A DNA stretch of 36,917 bases from a virus (IMGVR_UViG_2711768076_000013); one strand, 5' to 3'; shown: positions 7,020-16,836, counted from the first letter of the stretch. Made by a program: numbers and translations. Notes: generated from the sequence alone by a model not told the origin.

Positions 7020-9430
7020 GCCATGCTGATATGAACAACTGCAGCGGCTTTAACGAGGCCGCCGCAGCATTCTCATGGAACAGCCCGAAAAAGGCTATTA
7101 ACCCTTATCTGGACCCGGCGGAAGTTGCGCCGGTTTCTGCGCTTTCAAACCTGATCACTCTGTACGCTGTCGATAACGAGCAGGAACAACTGCGTCGCGA
7201 GGCACTGAGTGATCAGGTCTGGGAGCGTTATTTCTTTAATGAATCCCGTGATCCTGTCCACCGCGAAATGGAGCAGGATAAGCTCATTAGCCGGGCAAAG
7301 CTGGCGCATGAGCAGCAGCGTTTTAATCCAGATATGGTCATTCTGGCGGACGTCAATGCCCAGCCTTCCCATATCAGCAAGCCGCTGATGCAACGTATTG
7401 AATACTTCAGCAGCCTGGGCAGGCCAAAGGCTTATTCCCGCTATTTGCGTGAGACGATTAAGCCATGTCTGGAACGACTGGAGCATGTACGCGACTGTCA
7501 GCTATCCACTTCTTTTCGCTTTATGGCAAGCCATGAAGGGCTGGACGGCCTGCTGATCCTGCCTGAAATGAGTCAGGATCAGGTGAAGCGCCTGTCTACC
7601 CTTGTCGCCGCGCATATGAGCATGTGCCTTGATGCAGCTTGTGGTGATTTGTATGCCACCGATGACGTTAAGCCAGAAGAAATCCGCAAGACATGGGAAA
7701 AGGTGGCAGCGGAAACCCTGCGTCTGGATGTTATCCCGCCTGCGTTTGAGCAACTCCGTCGGAAAAGAAACCGCCGTAAACCCGTGCCTTATGAACTCAT
7801 TCCGGGTTCGCTGGCTCGTATGTTATGCGCCGACTGGTGGTATCGGAAATTATGGAAGATGCGTTGCGAATGGCGGGAAGAGCAGTTGCGTGCTGTTTGC
7901 CTGGTCAGCAAAAAAGCATCTCCCTATGTCAGCTATGAAGCCGTGATGCATAAACGTGAGCAGCGCCGTAAGTCGCTGGAGTTTTTCCGTTCTCATGAAC
8001 TGGTGAACGAAGACGGCGACACGCTGGATATGGAAGACGTGGTAAACGCCAGCAGCAGCAACCCTGCGCATCGCCGCAATGAGATGATGGCCTGTGTTAA
8101 AGGTCTGGAGCTTATCGCGGAAATGCGCGGTGACTGCGCCGTTTTCTACACCATCACCTGTCCGTCACGTTTCCATTCCACGCTAAATAACGGCAGGCCC
8201 AACCCGACCTGGACAAATGCGACGGTAAGACAAAGCAGTGATTATCTGGTCGGTATGTTTGCTGCATTTCGTAAGGCGATGCACAAAGCCGGATTGCGCT
8301 GGTATGGCGTGCGGGTGGCTGAGCCGCATCATGACGGTACAGTTCACTGGCACCTGTTGTGTTTTATGCGCAAAAAAGATCGCCGCGCCATTACTGCTTT
8401 GTTGCGTAAGTTTGCCATTCGTGAAGACCGCGAGGAGCTGGGTAATAACACGGGACCACGCTTTAAGTCTGAGCTGATAAACCCGCGCAAAGGTACGCCA
8501 ACAAGCTACATCGCGAAATACATCAGTAAGAACATTGACGGGCGTGGTCTGGCTGGCGAGATCAGCAAGGAAACGGGTAAATCCCTGCGTGATAACGCTG
8601 AATACGTTAATGCCTGGGCGTCTCTGCATCGTGTTCAGCAATTCCGCTTCTTTGGCATTCCGGGGCGTCAGGCTTACCGTGAACTGCGATTGCTGGCTGG
8701 TCAGGCGGCAAGGCAACAGGGGGACAAAAAAGCAGGTGCGCCGGTACTGGATAACCCGCGTCTTGATGCCATCCTGGCCGCTGCTGATGCTGGTTGTTTT
8801 GCCACCTACATCATGAAGCAGGGCGGCGTACTGGTTCCCCGCAAATATCACCTCATCAGAACCGCTTATGAAATCAACGAAGAGCCGACCGCCTATGGCG
8901 ATCACGGCATTCGTATTTATGGCATCTGGTCACCCATTGCAGAGGGCAAGATCTGCACTCATGCGGTGAAGTGGAAAATGGTTCGTAAGGCCGTTGACAT
9001 TCAGGAGGCGGCAGCCGACCAGGGCGCTTGCGCCCCTTGGACTCGTGGCAATAACTGTCCCCTTGCTGAAAATTTGAACCAACAGGAGAAAGATAAATCA
9101 GCTGATGGGGACCCCAGAACGGACATTACCAGCATGGATGACAAGGAGTTGAACGATTACCTGCACAGTATGAGCAAAAAAGAGCGCCGGGAACTGGCAG
9201 CAAGGTTACGCCTGGTGAAACCGAAACGGCGTAAAGACTACAAACAGCGAATTACAGACCATCAGCGACTGCAGCTCGTGTATGAGCTGAAGTCCAGAGG
9301 ATTTGATGGCAGCGAGAAAGAGGTCGATTTACTCCTTCGCGGAGGCAGTATTCCGTCAGGAGCAGGCCTGCGTATCTTCTATCGGAACCAGCGTTTGCAG
9401 GAAGATGATCAGTGGCGGAACCTGTATTAA
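7016..9430 (+). CDS. A: Replication initiation endonuclease gpA (rolling-circle, HUH family)
   Basis: 804 aa; HUH motif in [11 protein letters not shown] and a tyrosine pair in YIAKYISK; size and position match P2/186 gene A. Confidence 0.9.
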   Translation: MSHADMNNCSGFNEAAAAFSWNSPKKAINPYLDPAEVAPVSALSNLITLYAVDNEQEQLRREALSDQVWERYFFNESRDPVHREMEQDKLISRAKLAHEQQRFNPDMVILADVNAQPSHISKPLMQRIEYFSSLGRPKAYSRYLRETIKPCLERLEHVRDCQLSTSFRFMASHEGLDGLLILPEMSQDQVKRLSTLVAAHMSMCLDAACGDLYATDDVKPEEIRKTWEKVAAETLRLDVIPPAFEQLRRKRNRRKPVPYELIPGSLARMLCADWWYRKLWKMRCEWREEQLRAVCLVSKKASPYVSYEAVMHKREQRRKSLEFFRSHELVNEDGDTLDMEDVVNASSSNPAHRRNEMMACVKGLELIAEMRGDCAVFYTITCPSRFHSTLNNGRPNPTWTNATVRQSSDYLVGMFAAFRKAMHKAGLRWYGVRVAEPHHDGTVHWHLLCFMRKKDRRAITALLRKFAIREDREELGNNTGPRFKSELINPRKGTPTSYIAKYISKNIDGRGLAGEISKETGKSLRDNAEYVNAWASLHRVQQFRFFGIPGRQAYRELRLLAGQAARQQGDKKAGAPVLDNPRLDAILAAADAGCFATYIMKQGGVLVPRKYHLIRTAYEINEEPTAYGDHGIRIYGIWSPIAEGKICTHAVKWKMVRKAVDIQEAAADQGACAPWTRGNNCPLAENLNQQEKDKSADGDPRTDITSMDDKELNDYLHSMSKKERRELAARLRLVKPKRRKDYKQRITDHQRLQLVYELKSRGFDGSEKEVDLLLRGGSIPSGAGLRIFYRNQRLQEDDQWRNLY

Positions 9431-9522
9431 TTACGCGGGTTAACAATTCGTGCTCTTAATAATACCAGGCATATCAGGCTGATGAACGTAAAAAATCGTT
9501 TTACATCAGTAAGATTATTATA

Positions 9523-9542
9523 TACTGTAAATATAAACAGTG
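9523..9542 (+). promoter_or_regulatory. LexA operator (SOS box)
   Basis: TACTGTAAATATAAACAGTG is a perfect CTGT-N8-ACAG with AT-rich spacer, about 40 bp upstream of the small ORF at 9584. Confidence 0.75.
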
Positions 9543-9583
9543 GTTATGCATACAGCATTGCGTGTGGTGTCATAGGAGGAAAG

Positions 9584-9772
9584 ATGCAGGACTATTTTTT
9601 GGAGTCTTTGAAGCTCCAGCGCATTGATTTTTTTCTTAAGCTTGTAGCGGCTAGTGAGTGTAGTGATGAAGAGAAGGGGCTGGCTCTGCAGTGGGTTTCT
9701 GAATTGACTGATGAACTCATGGCAAAAATCAGAACCCACGAATACAACCGCTCAATGGATGTCATCAGCTGA
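9584..9772 (+). CDS. Small SOS-regulated protein (possible Tum-like antirepressor module component)
   Basis: 62-aa ORF with GGAGG before ATG 9584, directly downstream of the SOS box and upstream of the DinI-like gene. Confidence 0.4.
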   Translation: MQDYFLESLKLQRIDFFLKLVAASECSDEEKGLALQWVSELTDELMAKIRTHEYNRSMDVIS

Positions 9773-9782
9773 GGTGACTTTT

Positions 9783-10016
9783 ATGCGCATTGAAATAATG
9801 ATCGATAAAGAGCAGAAGATTAGCCAGTCTACCCTGGACGCCCTTGAATCCGAGCTTTACCGCAATCTGCGCCCCCTGTATCCCAAAACGGTAATTCGCA
9901 TTCGCAAAGGTAGCTCTAACGGTGTGGAACTAACCGGACTGCAACTGGACGAAGAAAGAAAACAAGTGATGAAAATTATGCAGAAGGTGTGGGAAGACGA
10001 CAGCTGGCTGCATTAA
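9783..10016 (+). CDS. DinI-like protein
   Basis: MRIEIMIDKEQKISQSTLDALESELYRNLRPLYPKTVIRIRKGSSNGVELTGL...WEDDSWL resembles E. coli DinI as recalled (MRIEV..., C-terminal W-E-x-x-D-W). Confidence 0.75.
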   Translation: MRIEIMIDKEQKISQSTLDALESELYRNLRPLYPKTVIRIRKGSSNGVELTGLQLDEERKQVMKIMQKVWEDDSWLH

Positions 10017-10150
10017 GAAACGTTGCTGGCGTCTGAACTTGCTTCTGGCGTCAGCAAGGTTGAACAACGAGCCCTTGCGAGGCGTTAGCTCTGTAGTGCA
10101 TGTCTATGCCGCATGAGATCGCATGATCGTTTGAGGATCGTTTTTGCTAA

Positions 10151-10176
10151 GGCCCGCCAGAACTGGCGGGCTTTTG
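10151..10176 (+). terminator. Rho-independent terminator after DinI-like gene
   Basis: GGCCCGCC-agaact-GGCGGGC followed by TTTTG. Confidence 0.65.
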
Positions 10177-10220
10177 CGTAGATCATGCAGGTGCATGAAA
10201 ACCACTACATAAAGCGGGCA

Positions 10221-10239
10221 GGCGTGGCGGGGATACGAG
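10221..10239. other. Candidate cos cohesive-end sequence
   Basis: GGCGTGGCGGGGATACGAG; the first 13 nt match the 186/P2 cohesive-end sequence as recalled (GGCGTGGCGGGGAAAGCAT). Location between the replication region and the packaging genes is as expected. Confidence 0.4.
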
Positions 10240-10270
10240 CGCGCGCTCATTACTTTTATAATTCTAGGGT

Positions 10271-10276
10271 TATAAT
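10271..10276 (+). promoter_or_regulatory. Putative -10 element for the KAP NTPase gene
   Basis: Perfect TATAAT 29 nt upstream of ATG 10305, followed by AGGAG at 10293..10297. Confidence 0.35.
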
Positions 10277-10304
10277 ACGGGGCTGTCTTTCTAGGAGAAA
10301 ACAC

Positions 10305-11957
10305 ATGTCCTTAGAGTTTATCAAAGAACAGTTGTCAGATTTTATCTCATCTACAGAACCAGAAGTAATGGCTATACAGGGTGAATGGGGAATTGGTAAA
10401 ACCTATACTTGGAATACGTTCCTAAAAGATAATAAAGATAAGGTTGCATTTAATAGATATAGTTATGTCTCTCTTTTTGGTATAAATTCACTAGATTCTT
10501 TAAAGTATTCTATTTTTGAGAATGCAATTACAAAGGAATATATTGGAAATAAACCTGATTTGGAGACAGCAACAACAAACGCAAGTGGACTTTTTGAATC
10601 ATTTTCTCGAAAAGCAGCAGGTTTGTTAAAAGAAGTTCCTGTTGTAAAAAACTTCTCTACGACACTTGAAGCAATGTCATTTCTGACCGTTTCTAAAATG
10701 ATTGTAGTAATAGATGACTTAGAAAGGCGTGGCAAAAATTTAGATGTTAAAGATGTTTTAGGGCTAGTATCTCTATTAAAAGAGCAGAAGGATTGTAAGG
10801 TGGTTCTATTGCTTAACAATGGCACAGCTAGTATGGAGGATTATTCTACTTATAAAGAAAAGGTCATTGATAGAGATATCACTTACAATCCAACACCAGA
10901 AGAATGCGCAGATATAGCCTATAAAGGTGATTCTCATGTTTATAACTTGTTAAGTAAATATTCCATTTCTTTAGGTATCAAGAATATTCGAATCTTAAAA
11001 AAGATAGAACGTTTTTTCGTGTCCTTAATACCAAATATTATAGGTGATGTTGAGACAATTTCAAATGAAGTTGCGCATTCATTAACTCTGTATTGTTGGA
11101 GCCATTACGGATTTTCTCCAGAGGGAGATGTGCCATCACTAGAATATATTAGGGGAGTGAGGAATATATATACTTATAATGACAAGGAAGAAGGCCATGA
11201 GAAAATCTGGCTTAATACCTTGCTTAAATATGGATATAGAAAAACGAATGATCTTGATGAGGTTCTTATTGATATGGTTAGATATGGCTATCTTGATAAG
11301 AGCAGTTTCCAAAGACAAATAAGCCTAAGGAATGAGGAGATTACGCGTGATAATAAACGAGGTTCCTTATCTGAGGCATGGCAGTTCTTTCATAATTCAT
11401 TTGATGACAATCAAAATCAGGTTGTTGACAAGCTATATCAAGCGGTGGTTGATGGGATGAAGTATGTGACTCCAAGTGATTTAGATAATGTTGTCGGACT
11501 ATATAGGGATTTCGGAGAGAATGCTAAGGCGAGTGAATTGATTGAACAGTTTATTAATTATGGTAACGATGCTCTAAAGGAATATGTTCAATCTATTTAT
11601 GTGAATGTTCATCCCGTAAGAGATACTGAGTTGTTGTCAAAAATTCAAGCCTATTCTAAGATTATAAATATTGATGGTTCAATATATGATGTTCTTAAGA
11701 AATTATCAGGTCAGAATGGTTGGTCTGATAGACATGAGGAAATATTGGATGCTGCTTCAGTAGATGACTACTATCAATTATTTAAAAATGTCATTCTTGA
11801 TGGTGGTGATTCAATAATAGCTACGGCGCTTAAATTCGGAAATTTTAGTAATGGTTCTGATAGAATGAATCGTATAGGGAAAAAGGCAAGGGATGCCTTG
11901 ATAAGAATTGGAGATGAATCGGCGATTAATAAAATGCGTGTAAGGCGATTTTTGTGA
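10305..11957 (+). CDS. KAP-family P-loop NTPase (candidate anti-phage or abortive-infection protein)
   Basis: Walker A in QGEWGIGKTYTW and Walker B-like MIVVIDDLERRG, the KAP-family signatures. Strongly AT-rich compared with flanking phage genes. Sits at the P2 tin/old hotspot position between gene A and the portal gene. Confidence 0.7.
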   Translation: MSLEFIKEQLSDFISSTEPEVMAIQGEWGIGKTYTWNTFLKDNKDKVAFNRYSYVSLFGINSLDSLKYSIFENAITKEYIGNKPDLETATTNASGLFESFSRKAAGLLKEVPVVKNFSTTLEAMSFLTVSKMIVVIDDLERRGKNLDVKDVLGLVSLLKEQKDCKVVLLLNNGTASMEDYSTYKEKVIDRDITYNPTPEECADIAYKGDSHVYNLLSKYSISLGIKNIRILKKIERFFVSLIPNIIGDVETISNEVAHSLTLYCWSHYGFSPEGDVPSLEYIRGVRNIYTYNDKEEGHEKIWLNTLLKYGYRKTNDLDEVLIDMVRYGYLDKSSFQRQISLRNEEITRDNKRGSLSEAWQFFHNSFDDNQNQVVDKLYQAVVDGMKYVTPSDLDNVVGLYRDFGENAKASELIEQFINYGNDALKEYVQSIYVNVHPVRDTELLSKIQAYSKIINIDGSIYDVLKKLSGQNGWSDRHEEILDAASVDDYYQLFKNVILDGGDSIIATALKFGNFSNGSDRMNRIGKKARDALIRIGDESAINKMRVRRFL

Positions 11958-11964
11958 TTTTTAT

Positions 11965-11985
11965 AGGGGTGATTAACCCCTTTTT
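11965..11985. terminator. Bidirectional terminator between convergent KAP NTPase and portal genes
   Basis: AGGGG-tgattaa-CCCCT hairpin flanked by T-run on one side and A/T-rich sequence on the other. Confidence 0.5.
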
Positions 11986-11987
11986 AT

Positions 11988-13019
11988 CTAATTTAATGAG
12001 TAATCATTAAATGCTATGATTTTTTCATTTAGCCAAGTATTAATTTCTATAAGCCTTTTTTGTAACGGAATTAATTCATTTCGGACAAAGACTTTACTAG
12101 CCTTTTCCACATCCCCAAACCCCCCAACATTATTCGGCATTATCCCCATCATTTGCGGCGGCACGCGGTGTGCCGCCATCATGTCGTCCCGGCTCACGTT
12201 CTTGATATTCAAAAACTCATCCTTCGCTGCGACCTCTGACAACGGGATAATCTGAAGCCCGTCCTTTTTGCCGTTAGGCGAGTACATAAACAGGTTGCGG
12301 AAGTTGCCCGGACCTTTGGCGCTTTTCATCGCGTTGCGGAGGTTGTTCACATCCTCTTGGTTTTGCGCAGCATCGGTCATATACATGATGAAGCCTGCAT
12401 GGCTGCCGTTAATGTAATACTTACGGCGGAACAACGTGGCGGACTCGTTGAGCAGAGCTGACGGAATGGCAGAAAGATAACCGGGCAGGCCGTAGATCTC
12501 CTGGTTGATATCCGGTTCCATCAGATGAAAGATGCTGCCTTTCGTGAACTGATACGGCTGCGTAGTCATGCCGTATTGCACAAACCAGTAGGTATCCAGG
12601 TCTAACCCGCGTCGGGTGTATTTTGCCAGCGCAGGTTCAAGGGCGATAACTTCACCGAAGCGGTTCGTGCGTTTCTCCAGGTAAGCGTTACCAAATACCA
12701 GATAGTCCTGCACAAAACGTGAAAAAGCCTGCTGGCTGAGAAGCGGGTGAGGGATGTAGGTACTGGTCAGAATGTTGCATTTCACCGCAATTGGTGAACT
12801 GTGATGCACGGCAGCGCGGAAGGTTCGCGCCAGTCCGTCAAAACTCACTGGCGGCTCATACCAGCGATCTGTCTGTACGCATTCTACATAGTCCAGCAGT
12901 TCGCGGCGGTCCAGAACAGGAACGGGATCGCCAAAGCTGAATGCTTCGGCTGAAGTCTGGCTTTTGTGCTGAATCTGGTTCGTCGACACAGCGCGGTTCT
13001 TCTTACTCTTTCCCATCAA
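11988..13019 (-). CDS. Q: Capsid portal protein (P2 gpQ homologue)
   Basis: 343 aa, matching P2 gpQ in size; overlaps the terminase gene as in P2. Confidence 0.85.
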   Translation of the reverse strand: MMGKSKKNRAVSTNQIQHKSQTSAEAFSFGDPVPVLDRRELLDYVECVQTDRWYEPPVSFDGLARTFRAAVHHSSPIAVKCNILTSTYIPHPLLSQQAFSRFVQDYLVFGNAYLEKRTNRFGEVIALEPALAKYTRRGLDLDTYWFVQYGMTTQPYQFTKGSIFHLMEPDINQEIYGLPGYLSAIPSALLNESATLFRRKYYINGSHAGFIMYMTDAAQNQEDVNNLRNAMKSAKGPGNFRNLFMYSPNGKKDGLQIIPLSEVAAKDEFLNIKNVSRDDMMAAHRVPPQMMGIMPNNVGGFGDVEKASKVFVRNELIPLQKRLIEINTWLNEKIIAFNDYSLN

Positions 13020-14782
13020 AAAATCTCCACAATATTGCTGGTATTGGCGGACTCGCCCTGCAGCGGTTCGTTAAACAGTGCGTGCATTGTTGCCCACGCC
13101 AGATCGGCATGGCTGGCTTCTTCGCTGCGGCTGGCTTCATAGGTCGGGCGGTTGCCGCTGGCGGTGGTGGCGCGACGGATTGCCATAAATGACTGCGCTA
13201 TGTCGGTGTGTCCGGCGTCAAACTCCAGACGGCGGTGACTGATAATGTCGTAGGCCTTGAGTACCAGGGCATTTTTAACGTTGGGGTTGTAGACAAACTC
13301 CCGGACGGCAGGAAAAAACGCTTTCACGTTCTCGTAAACCCCGTGACCGACGCCGGTTGAGTCGATACCGATGTATGTCACGTTGTACTGTTCAGTCAGT
13401 TTTTTGATGGCGTCAGCCTGGGCGCGGAAGTCCATCCCGCGCCACTGGTGACGCTCAAGAATGCGGAACTTACCGCCCGGCACGGCTGGCGGTGCCACCA
13501 CCACGCATCCGGCGCTGTCGCCGTTCTGCGTACCTTTTGCCGGGTCATAACCGATCCACACTTCGCGCCAGCCAAACGGGCGCAGCGCCAGTGCATGAAA
13601 GTCGGTCCAGACTTCCCAGCTGTCCACCATGCACGCCTGTAGTTCGCTGAGCGGGAACACGGACGCGAGATCGTCCACAAACTCGCACATCAGCAGGTTC
13701 TGGTATTCGTCCGGGCTGTATTCCATGCGCAACTGGTCAAGGTCGAACAGGTTACAGCCACTGCGCACCGCATCTTCCACGGTGACTATCTGGCGGTATT
13801 GCCCGTCAGCGCACAGCAGGCCGGGGGCCAGATTGCTGTGGGACAGATCAATGTCCACCTTGTCGGCTTTGTTGCGTCCACGGTTGAACAGCGCACCGGA
13901 CCAGAACGGATAAGCACTGTGGGTCAGGCTGGATGGTGTGGAAAAATAGGTCTGCCGCCATTTCTTGTGAATAGCCATACCGGAAGCCACTTTGCGTAGC
14001 TCCTGAAATTTCGGTATCCAGAAATATTCATCCAGATACAGGTTGCCGTGATAACTCTGGGCCGTGCGGGCATTGGTGCCGAGGAAGTAAAGCGTGGCCC
14101 CGTTAGGAAGCACCATCGGATCGCCTTTCAGTTCCACATCCACTTCTTTGGCGAAGTCGATGATGTACTGCTTAAAGACGTGGGCCTGTGCCTTACTGGC
14201 GGAAAGGAAAATCTGGTTACGTCCGGTAAGCAGGGCGTCAATCAGGGCTTCACGGGCAAAGTAAAAGGTCGCGCCGATCTGGCGTGACTTCAGCAGGTTG
14301 CGGATGCGGTTGGTTTTTCCGGCTTCCCACCAGTGGCGCTGGTAGTTGAACATGGAGGAATGGAAGATTTCTTCCAGCTTCTCAATCTGTTCATCGGTGA
14401 AGACATTCTTTTCCGGCTGACGGCGCGGGCCTTTGTTGCGGTTGGCGACGTTAGGGTTTAAGTCAGCTTCGTTGCCGCCATTGTTAAACTTGCCGATCCG
14501 CGCGTGGCGCTCAGACTGGCGCGCCAGCAGGTCAATCTCTTTGAAATCTTTCCCTTCTTTGTGCTCCTTCATAATGAGCTGGCAGTAGCGTGCGGCGGTG
14601 GTGAGCTGCATCTGATCCAGCGGCCCATAGTCACCCCACTTGTCGCGTTTTTTCCAGCTGTGAACGGTTGCAACTTTCTCGCCCAGCATTTCAGCAATGC
14701 GGGCGACGCGGTATCCCTGAAAGTACAGCAGCATGGCCTGCCGACGGGGATCGAGATCTGCGGGTGTCAGTGTGGTGTTCAT
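13016..14782 (-). CDS. P: Terminase large (ATPase) subunit (P2 gpP homologue)
   Basis: 588 aa, position and size as P2 gpP; divergent from the O operon. Confidence 0.85.
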   Translation of the reverse strand: MNTTLTPADLDPRRQAMLLYFQGYRVARIAEMLGEKVATVHSWKKRDKWGDYGPLDQMQLTTAARYCQLIMKEHKEGKDFKEIDLLARQSERHARIGKFNNGGNEADLNPNVANRNKGPRRQPEKNVFTDEQIEKLEEIFHSSMFNYQRHWWEAGKTNRIRNLLKSRQIGATFYFAREALIDALLTGRNQIFLSASKAQAHVFKQYIIDFAKEVDVELKGDPMVLPNGATLYFLGTNARTAQSYHGNLYLDEYFWIPKFQELRKVASGMAIHKKWRQTYFSTPSSLTHSAYPFWSGALFNRGRNKADKVDIDLSHSNLAPGLLCADGQYRQIVTVEDAVRSGCNLFDLDQLRMEYSPDEYQNLLMCEFVDDLASVFPLSELQACMVDSWEVWTDFHALALRPFGWREVWIGYDPAKGTQNGDSAGCVVVAPPAVPGGKFRILERHQWRGMDFRAQADAIKKLTEQYNVTYIGIDSTGVGHGVYENVKAFFPAVREFVYNPNVKNALVLKAYDIISHRRLEFDAGHTDIAQSFMAIRRATTASGNRPTYEASRSEEASHADLAWATMHALFNEPLQGESANTSNIVEIF

Positions 14783-14828
14783 GACACAAACCTACAGCCT
14801 TGAATGAAGGCTTTCCCCGCCTGCGGTT

Positions 14829-14846
14829 TGTGTGGTTGTCGGTACA
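14829..14846. promoter_or_regulatory. Late promoter activator (Ogr) binding dyad, TGT-N12-ACA
   Basis: TGTgtggttgtcggtACA in the P/O divergent intergenic region, about 80 bp before the O start. Confidence 0.55.
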
Positions 14847-14924
14847 AATACCGCGCATTGTTTCACTGCCCCCATCACCGCAACCATAAGGCTCCAGTAA
14901 GTTTTTTCTAACGGAGCACGGCTC

Positions 14925-15758
14925 ATGACAGTGAAAGCAAAGCGTTTTCGCATCGGGGTGGAAGGTGCCACCACTGATGGACGCGAAATCCAGCGTGAAT
15001 GGCTGGAACAGATGGCAGCCAGCTACAACCCGGCGGTGTATACCGCGCTGATTAACCTTGAGCACATCAAGTCTTATCTGCCGGACAGCACCTTTAACCG
15101 CTACGGCAAGGTGACGGCGCTGTTTGCTGAAGAAATCACGGAAGGTCCGCTGGCAGGCAAGATGGCGCTGTATGCCGACGTTGAGCCAACGGAGTCCCTG
15201 GTGGAACTGGTGAAAAAAGGCCAGAAATTATTCACATCTATGGAAGTCAGCCCGAAGTTCGCTGATACGGGCAAAGCCTACCTGGTCGGCCTGGCTGCCA
15301 CTGATGACCCTGCCAGTCTGGGTACGGAAATGCTGACATTCAGCGCCAGTGCAGCCCATAACCCGCTGGCAAACCGCAAGCAGAATCCTGCCAATCTCTT
15401 TACCGCTGCAGAGGAAACGGTGATCGAACTGGAAGAAATCCAGGACGACAAACCGTCCCTGTTTGCCCGCGTCACGGCGCTGTTTACCAAAAAAGAGCAG
15501 TCCGATGATGCCCGGTTCTCTGATGTGCATAAGGCCGTGGAGCTGGTCGCCACTGAGCAGCAAAACCTGAGCGCACGCACCGAAAAATCCCTGTCTGAGC
15601 AGGAAGAACGCCTGTCTGAACTGGAGACTGCTCTGCAGGAACAGCAAACCGCCTTTAACGAACTGGTGAATAAGCTGAGTCATGAAGACAGCCGCCAGGA
15701 CTACCGCCAGCGTGCAACAGGCGGTAACGCCCCCGCTGACACTCTGACCAATTGCTGA
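14925..15758 (+). CDS. O: Capsid scaffolding protein (P2 gpO homologue)
   Basis: 277 aa, acidic coiled-coil-rich C-terminus; first gene of rightward late operon. Confidence 0.8.
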   Translation: MTVKAKRFRIGVEGATTDGREIQREWLEQMAASYNPAVYTALINLEHIKSYLPDSTFNRYGKVTALFAEEITEGPLAGKMALYADVEPTESLVELVKKGQKLFTSMEVSPKFADTGKAYLVGLAATDDPASLGTEMLTFSASAAHNPLANRKQNPANLFTAAEETVIELEEIQDDKPSLFARVTALFTKKEQSDDARFSDVHKAVELVATEQQNLSARTEKSLSEQEERLSELETALQEQQTAFNELVNKLSHEDSRQDYRQRATGGNAPADTLTNC

Positions 15759-15774
15759 TGGAGCACAAAACCTG

Positions 15775-16833
15775 ATGAAGAAGAATACCCGCTTTGCTTT
15801 TAACGCTTACCTGCAGCAGCTGGCGCGTCTGAACGGTGTGGCAGTTGAAGAACTGTCCAGCAAGTTCACCGTGGAGCCGTCTGTACAGCAGACGCTGGAA
15901 GACCAGATCCAGCAGTCCGCCGCTTTCCTGACGCTGATTAACGTCACGCCAGTGACTGAGCAGTCCGGTCAGCTGCTGGGGTTGGGTGTTGGTAGCACCA
16001 TTGCCGGAACCACTGACACCACCGCGAAAGAGCGTGAACCTGTCGATCCTACGCTGATGGTCGATGTGGAATACAAATGCGAGCAGACCAACTTTGACAC
16101 GGTACTGACCTACGCGAAGCTGGACCTGTGGGCGAAGTTTCAGGATTTCCAGGTGCGCATCCGTGACGCCATCGTGAAACGTCAGGCACTGGACCGCATC
16201 ATGATCGGCTTTAACGGCGTGAAGCGTGCGAAAACCTCCAACCGTAGCGAAAACCCGCTGCTGCAGGATGTGAACAAAGGCTGGTTACAGAAAATCCGTG
16301 AGGATGCACCGGATCACGTCATGGGCAGCAGCACCACGGGCGGTGAAACCACACCGGGTGCGGTGAAAGTCGGTAAAGGTGGCGAATATGCCAACCTGGA
16401 CGCAGTGGTGATGGATGCCGTCAATGAGCTTATCGACGTGGTCTACCAGGACGATGACGATCTGGTGGTGATTTGCGGGCGTGAACTGCTGTCTGACAAG
16501 TATTTCCCGCTGGTCAACAAAGAGCAGGAAAACAGTGAAAAACTGGCTGCCGATATGATTATCAGTCAGAAACGCATGGGCGGTCTGCAGGCCGTGCGTG
16601 CGCCGTTCTTCCCGCCGAATGCGCTGCTGATCACCCGTCTGGATAACTTGTCCATCTACTGGCAGGAAGACACCCGCCGCCGTTCAGTTATCGACAACCC
16701 GAAACGTGACCGGATTGAAAACTTTGAATCTGTTAACGAAGCCTATGTGGTTGAGGACTACCGCTGCGCTGCACTGGTGGAAAACATCCAGATTGGCGAT
16801 TTCAGCGCCGCCGCAGCAGAAGTCGGAGCGTAA
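15775..16833 (+). CDS. N: Major capsid protein (P2 gpN homologue)
   Basis: 352 aa directly after the scaffold gene; size matches P2 gpN. Confidence 0.85.
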   Translation: MKKNTRFAFNAYLQQLARLNGVAVEELSSKFTVEPSVQQTLEDQIQQSAAFLTLINVTPVTEQSGQLLGLGVGSTIAGTTDTTAKEREPVDPTLMVDVEYKCEQTNFDTVLTYAKLDLWAKFQDFQVRIRDAIVKRQALDRIMIGFNGVKRAKTSNRSENPLLQDVNKGWLQKIREDAPDHVMGSSTTGGETTPGAVKVGKGGEYANLDAVVMDAVNELIDVVYQDDDDLVVICGRELLSDKYFPLVNKEQENSEKLAADMIISQKRMGGLQAVRAPFFPPNALLITRLDNLSIYWQEDTRRRSVIDNPKRDRIENFESVNEAYVVEDYRCAALVENIQIGDFSAAAAEVGA

Positions 16834-16836
16834 CCC

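Noticed and set aside
8183-8905. 240-aa minus-strand ORF inside replication gene A
   Set aside because: Fully contained antisense to gene A, with no ribosome-binding site and no recognisable motifs.
9711-9782. Upstream extension of the DinI-like ORF (MNSWQ...)
   Set aside because: Overlaps the preceding small gene; the DinI family begins at MRIE, which corresponds to ATG 9783.
10185-10304. Upstream extension of the KAP NTPase ORF starting at ATG 10185
   Set aside because: The extension covers the cos-like sequence, a TATAAT -10 and an AGGAG Shine-Dalgarno, and it is GC-rich unlike the gene body. ATG 10305 (MSLEFIKEQ) is the more plausible start.
14803-14819. AGCCTT-gaatg-AAGGCT hairpin in the P/O divergent region, considered as a terminator or second activator site
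   Set aside because: Not followed by a T-run in either orientation and does not fit the TGT-N12-ACA pattern; lies in the 5' leader of gene P.
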